Shown here: positions 56,734 to 64,000 of the stretch, piece by piece
Numbering within the stretch: position 1 is the first letter of the stretch
Layout of the letters: every line of letters begins with the position of its first letter
NCBI GenBank assembly: GCA_963789945.1
Contig: CAWBMN010000018.1
Coordinates: 105,156-169,155, forward strand
Reading direction: 5' to 3'
Source: an uncultured beta proteobacterium
GTDB lineage: Bacteria > Pseudomonadota > Gammaproteobacteria > Burkholderiales > JACQAP01
DNA: 64,000 bases
Translations under genes and position numbers: made by a program
Notes under the pieces: model-generated
Seen by the model: only the letters and a program-made list of their open reading frames with translations
Told to the model about the DNA's origin: nothing
Database searches by the model: none

Positions 56734-57230
56734 CAATCGCTCCGTCGGTACTCGACCCGCGTCCGCCCGTTGGTGGCGGAGACGTAGATCATCTCCTTGC
56801 CGGTGACTTCCTTGAGCTTCCACGCGGCCGCGAAACCGACCGGCATCAGGCTGGTCAGCGTGGATGATTCGATCCTGGTGTGCAGGTAGCCTTCGCGCAC
56901 CGCCCAGTTGCCGCTCGCAGTAAAGTAGTAGATCAGCCGGCCGTTCTTCACTTCGAAATTGGGCCGGTTCGGCAGCAAATAAAAGTCCGGCGGGACCAGC
57001 AAACGCACCTGTCCCTGCCAATTGACCCGCCCTCCGGGCAGCAGAGTGAACTGGGTCTCGACGATCACGTCGTCCGGCGCCACTTCCCGCGAACCCCATG
57101 TGCCCACCACGACTTTCGCGAACTGGTCGTCCGACGCACCACAGCCGGGCAGCGCCAAGCCTGCACACGTCAGGACGAAAACGACCGCAATGGTCCGCGC
57201 GCTGCGGTCAAGCCGGGCGAAGTCGTACAT
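56733..57230 (-). CDS. Hypothetical lipoprotein
   Basis: MYDFARLDRSARTIAVVFVLTCAGLALPGC lipobox, no family recognised. The ATG shares one nt with the slmA stop. An alternative GTG start is at 57248. Confidence 0.5.
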   Translation of the reverse strand: MYDFARLDRSARTIAVVFVLTCAGLALPGCGASDDQFAKVVVGTWGSREVAPDDVIVETQFTLLPGGRVNWQGQVRLLVPPDFYLLPNRPNFEVKNGRLIYYFTASGNWAVREGYLHTRIESSTLTSLMPVGFAAAWKLKEVTGKEMIYVSATNGRTRVEYRRSD

Positions 57231-57802
57231 CACACGATGCTTGGCCACTGCGCAGGCCAGTACTCGGTTGGATCGCGCCTGAAACCGCTCTTCGCGAACT
57301 GGTGCCAGCGCCCCACCACGAACGCCAGCATCAGGTTCGCCTGCGCGGTGGGATCCACCCCTTCCGGGATTTCCTTTTCCGAAAGCGCAAAGCGCAATGC
57401 CTGCTTGAGCGTGGTTTCGAGCCGGTCGTGCAACTGATTGATGCGCGCCTGCAGCCGTTCGTCCTCGTTCACCAGCGCATCGCCGATCAGCACCCGAGTC
57501 ATACCCGGGTTCTTCTTGGCAAAACCGAGCAGCATCGTCAGCACCGCCTCGAGTTGCTTCATGCCGCTTTTTTCTTCCGCGGTGATCTTGTTGACCAAAC
57601 CAAACAGGGTCTGCTCGATGAACTCGATCAGGCCCTCGAACATCTGCGCCTTGCTGGCGAAATGCCGGTACAGCGCCGCCTCGGAGACGTCCAGTCGCTT
57701 GGCCAGCGCGGCGGTGGTGATTTTCTCCGCCTTGGGATCCTCGAGCATGGCCGCGAGGGTCTGCAGGATCTGGTGCTTGCGTTCTCCCGGCTTGGTCGTC
57801 AT
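57230..57802 (-). CDS. slmA: Nucleoid occlusion factor SlmA (TetR family)
   Basis: Close full-length resemblance to E. coli SlmA (ITTAALAKRLDVSEAALYRHF.SK..MFEGLIEFIE). Confidence 0.85.
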   Translation of the reverse strand: MTTKPGERKHQILQTLAAMLEDPKAEKITTAALAKRLDVSEAALYRHFASKAQMFEGLIEFIEQTLFGLVNKITAEEKSGMKQLEAVLTMLLGFAKKNPGMTRVLIGDALVNEDERLQARINQLHDRLETTLKQALRFALSEKEIPEGVDPTAQANLMLAFVVGRWHQFAKSGFRRDPTEYWPAQWPSIV

Positions 57803-57924
57803 ATCGCGGTGGGATCGCTTGGGATGAGTAAGGGAAAGGTTACCCGAACGGCCGGGAATTTAACACGATCCAGCGGCGTTTGTTCGCGCTCAGGACAAAC
57901 ACTTTCAGAGGAGGCCTTCAAGAT

Positions 57925-58575
57925 TCAGAGCATGTGCAGCAGCCGCGGCAGCCGCGCGATGTGACGTACATTCGCATCCACCCAGGCGGGTGCGCGGCTC
58001 GATTGATCCACCCAGACGGTCTTCATTCCCAGGCGTTTGGCGGTGCGCAAGTTCTCCAGGCTGTCCTCGACCATGATGCAGCGCGACGCCTGCAGCCGGT
58101 GCTTGCGCAGCAGTCTGCGGAATCCATGCACATCGGGCTTGGGCCGGAAGCGGGTGCGCTCGATCGAAAACACGTCGTCGAACAGGTCGTCCACGCCCAG
58201 CACCGCGAGGATCGCCCGCGCGTATTGCGCCGGGGCATTGGAGAAGACGATCTTGCATCCGGGCAGGCGCCGCAGGGCCGACCGCAGTTCGCGGCGGCCC
58301 ACCACAAGACTCCGGATTTCAGGAAAGTCGTGGGTTTCGCGCAGGAAATGATGCGGGTCGATGCCGTGATGGCGAATCAGACCCACCAGCGTGGCGCCAT
58401 AGCGGCGCCAGTAGAACTGCCGCAGTTCGTTGGCAGCTTCCGCACCAAGATCGAGATGCTCGGCCAGATAGGCCGTCATGGACCGGTCGATATGCGGAAA
58501 GATGTGCGGGCGGGCATCGTGCAGCGTGTTGTCCAGATCGAAGATCCACGTTCTGCCGCTGAAACGGGTTTGCAC
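57925..58575 (-). CDS. HAD-superfamily pyrimidine 5'-nucleotidase
   Basis: WIFDLDNTLH motif I and the SNA and VEDS motifs. Confidence 0.8.
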   Translation of the reverse strand: MQTRFSGRTWIFDLDNTLHDARPHIFPHIDRSMTAYLAEHLDLGAEAANELRQFYWRRYGATLVGLIRHHGIDPHHFLRETHDFPEIRSLVVGRRELRSALRRLPGCKIVFSNAPAQYARAILAVLGVDDLFDDVFSIERTRFRPKPDVHGFRRLLRKHRLQASRCIMVEDSLENLRTAKRLGMKTVWVDQSSRAPAWVDANVRHIARLPRLLHML

Positions 58576-58580
58576 TTCGA

Positions 58581-59519
<939 letters not shown>

Positions 59520-59525
59520 TCAGAG

Positions 59526-59554
59526 AAAAAACAAAGGCGGCCGCAGCCGCCTTT
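59526..59554 (-). terminator. Rho-independent terminator of hsp20
   Basis: On the minus strand: AAAGGCGGC-UGCG-GCCGCCUUU, then G and a 6-U run. Confidence 0.7.
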
Positions 59555-59572
59555 GCCCGGGAAACACGACCA

Positions 59573-59998
59573 TTACTGGATCGCGAGTTTTTTCGAAGTT
59601 ACTGCCGCCTTCTTCGGCAGCCTCAGTTCCAGCACGCCCTCGTTGTACTTTGCCTGCGCGGAGGCTTCGTCCACGTCCTGGGCCAGGCTGAAGGCGCGAT
59701 ACACCTTGCCGTAATAGCGCTCGGAACGCAGGACTTTCTCGCCCTGCCTGTCCTCGCGCTCGCGCTTTACCTCCGCGCTGATCGCGACCTGGTTGCCGTT
59801 GATGGTGACGTTGATGTCTTCCTTCTTCACGCCCGGGATTTCGGCCTGGACGACATAGGCACCATCGTCTTCCTTAACGTCGATACGGAATTGCACCTGC
59901 GACTGGTTCTCGAAAGTCATCGGGCGAACGAAAAAACCCTTGAAGAGATCGTCGAAGGTCTCGTCAAGCGGGTAGCTGTAACGGGCCAAACTTGTCAT
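59573..59998 (-). CDS. Hsp20/alpha-crystallin small heat-shock protein
   Basis: Start at MTSLARYSYPLDE after AAGGAGA. Alpha-crystallin domain (AEIPGVKKEDINV...GVLELRLPK). The track start 60115 is an extension. Confidence 0.92.
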   Translation of the reverse strand: MTSLARYSYPLDETFDDLFKGFFVRPMTFENQSQVQFRIDVKEDDGAYVVQAEIPGVKKEDINVTINGNQVAISAEVKREREDRQGEKVLRSERYYGKVYRAFSLAQDVDEASAQAKYNEGVLELRLPKKAAVTSKKLAIQ

Positions 59999-60049
59999 GT
60001 CAGTCTCCTTGTGCGGATAAATTGGGTCGGGCGTCCGGCGCCCTAGCCC

Positions 60050-60080
60050 GCTATATGTGCGCGGGCGGTGTCTTTTCAAG
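60050..60080 (-). promoter_or_regulatory. Candidate sigma-32 heat-shock promoter of hsp20
   Basis: On the minus strand: GGCCTTGAAAA, a 14-nt spacer, then GCACATATA. Compare the sigma-32 consensus CCCTTGAA-N13-17-CCCCATNT. It ends about 50 nt upstream of the ATG. Confidence 0.45.
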
Positions 60081-60469
60081 GCCCTGCGGGAGACGCGAAA
60101 ACCCTGTCCGGGCACCTGTGAAAATCGCGGGTGGTAGCAATCTGAACCCCGTATCCTGTTGTTTTCATAACGTTTCCAAGGAGCCTCACCGGATTCCTTT
60201 CAGCGCGAGTGCAGAGGTAACTTGAGGTGCCCCCCGGCACCGATTCTTTCTATTCCGCTGGAGCAATCCACCACGTACACGCGCACCTGCCTGTGCCGCA
60301 GGCAGTTGCTCTGCCCGGGACGCGCACGCCTGCATCCATGCGCCTTGGCGCAACGTAACTGTCAACGCGATACGCGCGGCGGCACCGGTCCGCGTTTCCC
60401 AAGCAGGGCCAGCTAACGATTGCAGGGTCCTGCAGCCGGGCAAGTCGATAACTAACCAGGGAGAAACAA

Positions 60470-60730
60470 ATGGTAGACGGCAAAAGGAGGCTCGCCGGCC
60501 TCGCGATTGCGGCGACCGCGGCAGCATTATTCATGACAGGTTGTGCCGCAACCGGAGGCTCCTCCAGTGGCAGCAGTGCCAAAGTCCATTGCGACGGGGG
60601 CAATTCCTGCAAAGGCATGAGCGAGTGCAAGACGGCAAACAGCTCCTGCAAGGGCCAAAACGCCTGCAAGGGACAAGGCTTTGTGATGCTTACACCGGCG
60701 GAATGCAAAACGGCGGGCGGAAGGGCGTAA
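60470..60730 (+). CDS. Exported Cys-rich RiPP precursor, bufferin-like (six-Cys BufA2-type), lipobox-bearing
   Basis: 86 aa: [25 protein letters not shown] / [11 protein letters not shown] / [60 protein letters not shown]. Sits directly upstream of the DUF692 and DUF2063 genes. Confidence 0.75.
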   Translation: MVDGKRRLAGLAIAATAAALFMTGCAATGGSSSGSSAKVHCDGGNSCKGMSECKTANSSCKGQNACKGQGFVMLTPAECKTAGGRA

Positions 60731-60752
60731 ACTTCGCCAGACTCGGCACTGC

Positions 60753-60786
60753 GGGGCATCCATTGGTGTGGGTGCCCCGTTTTTTA
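60753..60786 (+). terminator. Intrinsic terminator/attenuator between the precursor and the MNIO gene
   Basis: CGGGGCA-N14-TGCCCCG stem followed by TTTTTT, located 22 nt after the precursor stop and 18 nt before the next ATG. Confidence 0.55.
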
Positions 60787-60803
60787 CGCGACCTTCATCA
60801 TCC

Positions 60804-61643
60804 ATGACCGCACAAACTGCGCTCGGCTTCGGATTGGGCCTGCGCTCCGATCACTACGAGGACATCCTCGCGTCCCGGCCCAACGTGGACTGGTTCGAGG
60901 CGCTGACCGAAAACTACCTGGTGCCGGGCGGCAAGCCGCTGCATTACCTGGATCGCGTCCGCGCCGAATTTCCCATGGTCCTGCACGGGGTGTCGTTGTC
61001 GATCGGAAGCCACGATCCCCTGGACCGCGAATATCTCAAGGCGCTCAAGCAACTGGCGCAACGCGTCGAACCGGCTTGGGTATCGGATCATCTGTGCTGG
61101 ACCGGCGTTGCCGGCCGGAACCTGCACGATCTGTTCCCCCTGCCCTACACCGAGGAAGCGACCGGGCACGTCGCTGCAAAGGTGCGCGAGGTCCAGGATT
61201 TCCTGGGACGGCAGATCCTACTCGAGAACGTGTCCACATACGTGACCTTTCGCCAGTCGGAGATGAGCGAGTGGGAGTTTCTTGCGGAGATCTGCGCGCG
61301 CGCCGATTGCCTGATCCTGCTCGACATTAACAACATCTACGTGAGCGCCTACAACCACGGTTTCGATGCCCAGGATTTTCTGAACGGCGTGCCCGCTGCG
61401 CGGGTGCGGCAGTTCCATCTTGCCGGCCACAGCAATTGCGGCACCCATATCATCGACACCCACGATGCGCCGATCATCGACCCGGTATGGGAGCTTTACC
61501 AGGATGCGCTGCGCCGCTTCGGGCAGGTCGCCACCATGATCGAGCGCGACGACCAGATTCCGCCGCTGGCGGAGCTGGTCACGGAACTCGACCAGGCACG
61601 CCGGATCGCGGCGCAGACGCTGGCGGCGAGGGTCGCGGCATGA
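60804..61643 (+). CDS. DUF692/MNIO family multinuclear non-haem iron oxidase (BufB/MbnB-like)
   Basis: [57 protein letters not shown]: the DUF692 TIM-barrel signature. Start re-picked at MTAQTALGF. Confidence 0.9.
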   Translation: MTAQTALGFGLGLRSDHYEDILASRPNVDWFEALTENYLVPGGKPLHYLDRVRAEFPMVLHGVSLSIGSHDPLDREYLKALKQLAQRVEPAWVSDHLCWTGVAGRNLHDLFPLPYTEEATGHVAAKVREVQDFLGRQILLENVSTYVTFRQSEMSEWEFLAEICARADCLILLDINNIYVSAYNHGFDAQDFLNGVPAARVRQFHLAGHSNCGTHIIDTHDAPIIDPVWELYQDALRRFGQVATMIERDDQIPPLAELVTELDQARRIAAQTLAARVAA

Positions 61644-62422
61644 GCGCGCTCACCGGCACCCAGGCACGCTTCCAGGCCTACGTGCTCGCGGGCGATGGAG
61701 CGATTGTCTCTGACATCGCCGGTGCCGACGACGCGTTCCGCCGCACCCGGCTCGACATCTATTACAACGCCTACCGGCTGCGGCTGGCGGAAGCGCTTGC
61801 CACCGACTACGAAATCCTCAAGACCTACACCGGCGACGAGATCTTTGACGCCATCGTCCGCGAATACATCGATGCGCACCCCTCCGTATTCCGCAACGTG
61901 CGCTGGTTCGGCGGGCACCTTGCCGGTTTCCTGCGTGACGAGCCGCGCTATGCGGGGCAGCCGATACTGGCCGACCTGGCGCGGTTCGAGTGGACGTTGG
62001 GACTGGCTTTCGATGCCGCAGACACCGCGGCGCTCCGGTTCGAGGACGTTGCCGCGGTGCCGGCCGAAGCCTGGACCGACCTGCGTCTCACCGTGCATCC
62101 CGCGGTTCATGTTATCGAACTGCAGACCAATGCCGTCGCCATGTGGAACGAGCTCAAGAACGCAGATCGCGGGATCGCGCCGGAAAGCCTGCCCGAGCCG
62201 TCGCGGTGGGCCATATGGCGCAAGCAGCTCTCGCCTTATTTCCGCTCGCTCGAAGCCGACGAAGCCTGGGCGCTGGACGCCATGCGCAATCACCTCGGTT
62301 TCGGCGAGATTTGCGCCGGGCTGTGCCAGTGGCTGCCCGAAGATCAAGCCGCGCCGCGTGCGGCGACGCTGTTGCGAGGCTGGGTGGACGAAGGCTGGAT
62401 CGCATCTCTGGAAACCACCTAG
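61640..62422 (+). CDS. DUF2063 family partner protein (BufC-like)
   Basis: The start overlaps the MNIO stop (ATGA). [19 protein letters not shown] and LARFEW regions are typical of the DUF2063 proteins that pair with DUF692. Confidence 0.85.
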   Translation: MSALTGTQARFQAYVLAGDGAIVSDIAGADDAFRRTRLDIYYNAYRLRLAEALATDYEILKTYTGDEIFDAIVREYIDAHPSVFRNVRWFGGHLAGFLRDEPRYAGQPILADLARFEWTLGLAFDAADTAALRFEDVAAVPAEAWTDLRLTVHPAVHVIELQTNAVAMWNELKNADRGIAPESLPEPSRWAIWRKQLSPYFRSLEADEAWALDAMRNHLGFGEICAGLCQWLPEDQAAPRAATLLRGWVDEGWIASLETT

Positions 62423-62530
62423 CGATTCGCTGCAAGACTCCGTGGACGCGCCGCTCCGGGCCCGGGTTCGGTCTGCATTATAAAATTGCAATTACTAATC
62501 TCATCAGTTCGCCCGGGAGGTGATGTGGCC

Positions 62531-64000
62531 ATGTCCAGACTATTCGTCTCTGTAATCTTGATTCTGGCGGCCCTGGTATGCAGGCCGGCGTTCGGCATGA
62601 CCTCGGCCATGGTCGCGTCATGCCCCGCCGGAATGGACCAGAAGGTCGAAACGCTCAGCGGAATGTTCACTGTGCACGTGATCTGCGACCACGTGCTGTT
62701 CGAGATTCCGAAACCCATGCTGAACCGGGACATGCTGGTGAATACCGAGTTCGCCGCACTCTCGACCGGGAGCGACTTCGTCGCACCGGGCTCGGTGGTG
62801 GACAACCGGGTGGTGCGTTGGGTCCGGCGCGGCAACAAGATGCACCTCGAGGACGTGCGTTACGAGATCTGGGCGCCGAACATGCCCAACCTGCAGCGCG
62901 GCGTTGAATCAGCGTCACTGCGGACGGTGATCCGGGCATTCGACATCATCACCGAGGGCCCGGATGGTGCCCCGGTCATCGACATCACGGGCCTTTTTGC
63001 GACCGAGGTACCGGAAGGTTTTGCTCTGGAATTCATGCAGCACTTCAGCATGGATCAAGTGGACCCGAAACGTTCTTTCATCGAAACCGTCAAGGCGTTT
63101 CCGCACAACATTGAAATCCGCTTCTACCAGACCTGGGTTCCGGATCGCGACCGGTTGCGCAAGTCGGCGGAGCAAGGCGAGGAGCGCATTGCGCCGGGAC
63201 TGGGTTTCATCTTTCACACCAGCATTCTGCTTCTGCCCGAGGTGCCGATGCGGGGACGCTACTGGGACGAGCGGGTCGGTTATTTCGCGACCTGGTTCGA
63301 CGACTACGGCACTGCCGAGCACGGCAGGGTGCAGCGCGCTTTCATCCAGCGTTACCGTCTCGACAAGAAGAATCCGCGGGCCGAAGTGTCCGAACCGGTC
63401 AAGCCCATCACGTTCTTCATCAGCCGCGAAGTGCCAGACAAATGGCGTCCATTCATCAAGCGCGGGATCGAGGACTGGCAACAGGTGTTCGAAAAGGCGG
63501 GTTTCCGCGATGCCATCATCGCCCGCGATGCGCCGTCGGAACAACAGGACCCGAATTGGGATCCGGAGGACGTGCGCTACAACGTGATCCGCTGGACGCC
63601 CAGCGGCCGCCAGAATGCAATGGGACCTGCGGTGGTCGACCCGCGCAGCGGCGAGGTGATCTCTTCCCATGCCATTTTCTGGCACGACGTGCTGCGTTTG
63701 GCCGAGAACTGGTACTTCACCCAGGTCTCGCCGCTGAATACGAGTGCACAGAAGCTGCCTCTGCCGGATGACGTCATTGGGGACATGCTGCGCTACATCG
63801 TCGCGCACGAAATCGGCCACGCGCTGGGGCTGCGCCACAATTTCAAGGGACATTCGGCGTATTCGGTGGCGCAATTGCGCAGCCGCGAGTGGACCGAAAA
63901 ATGGGGCACTTCCGCTTCCATCATGGACTATGCGCGATTGAATTATGTCGCCCAGCCCGGCGACGGAGCCTATCTGCTACCCAAGTTCGGCCCCTATGAC
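62531..64000 (+). CDS. Secreted zinc-dependent metalloprotease (reprolysin-like HExxHxxGxxH), C-terminus cut by window edge
   Basis: Absent from the track because it runs off the right edge. Hand translation gives MSRLFVSVILILAALVCRPAFG (signal peptide) ... VAHEIGHALGLRHNF zinc motif ... SIMDY. The - strand ORF 62915..63874 is antisense noise. Confidence 0.8.
   Translation, partial: MSRLFVSVILILAALVCRPAFGMTSAMVASCPAGMDQKVETLSGMFTVHVICDHVLFEIPKPMLNRDMLVNTEFAALSTGSDFVAPGSVVDNRVVRWVRRGNKMHLEDVRYEIWAPNMPNLQRGVESASLRTVIRAFDIITEGPDGAPVIDITGLFATEVPEGFALEFMQHFSMDQVDPKRSFIETVKAFPHNIEIRFYQTWVPDRDRLRKSAEQGEERIAPGLGFIFHTSILLLPEVPMRGRYWDERVGYFATWFDDYGTAEHGRVQRAFIQRYRLDKKNPRAEVSEPVKPITFFISREVPDKWRPFIKRGIEDWQQVFEKAGFRDAIIARDAPSEQQDPNWDPEDVRYNVIRWTPSGRQNAMGPAVVDPRSGEVISSHAIFWHDVLRLAENWYFTQVSPLNTSAQKLPLPDDVIGDMLRYIVAHEIGHALGLRHNFKGHSAYSVAQLRSREWTEKWGTSASIMDYARLNYVAQPGDGAYLLPKFGPYD

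Noticed and set aside
59992-60225. 77-aa ORF with seven Cys ending just before the 60226 hairpin, considered as a second RiPP precursor
   Set aside because: It starts inside and antisense to the hsp20 start codon region and runs through the hsp20 promoter. It has no RBS and no signal peptide, and its Cys are not in the CKG context of the real precursor. The hairpin itself is kept under the leader-region finding.
61496-63874. Long - strand ORFs 61496..62491 (331 aa) and 62915..63874 (319 aa)
   Set aside because: Antisense to the DUF2063 gene and the metalloprotease gene, both of which have clear motifs on the + strand.

Overview
High-GC, densely coding proteobacterial chromosome segment; gene content and synteny look betaproteobacterial (inference). 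I saw no rRNA, tRNA, CRISPR array, transposase or integrase. Left to right: a TPR lipoprotein cut by the window edge; a translationally coupled GldA/F/G-like ABC-2 module plus a DUF4340-like gene; mutM; a PQQ dehydrogenase, cytochrome c and MoxJ/XoxJ-like binding protein set; ferredoxin-coaD-rsmD; a pair of exported M16 peptidases; ftsYEX-rpoH; a complete aa3 cytochrome oxidase and biogenesis cluster (SCO1, ctaB, ctaA, SURF1, ctaE, ctaG, ctaD, ctaC and small accessory ORFs); bioBFCD; comF; an 18-kb MSHA-type type IV pilus locus (mshEGF-BACD-OPQ then mshIJKL-M/N); trmL, gpsA, secB, grxC, rhodanese, gpmA, envC-like, ctp, moeB, slmA, argB, hsp20. At the right end sits a three-gene cluster: an exported Cys-rich 86-aa precursor, a DUF692/MNIO enzyme and a DUF2063 partner, followed by a secreted Zn-metalloprotease cut by the window edge. 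The most interesting item is this bufferin-like MNIO RiPP cluster, because its precursor carries a lipobox and six Cys, and no DoxX gene is present. Secondary points: a PQQ dehydrogenase with the lanthanide-type D-x-D motif but no vicinal Cys-Cys; an apparent mshM-mshN fusion or frameshift; tandem MshEN c-di-GMP motifs in MshE; a duplicated N-terminal module in the giant MshQ; several candidate regulatory palindromes and repeats. Many long ORFs in the six-frame track are antisense artefacts of high GC or spurious N-terminal extensions. Starts were re-picked by hand where stated.
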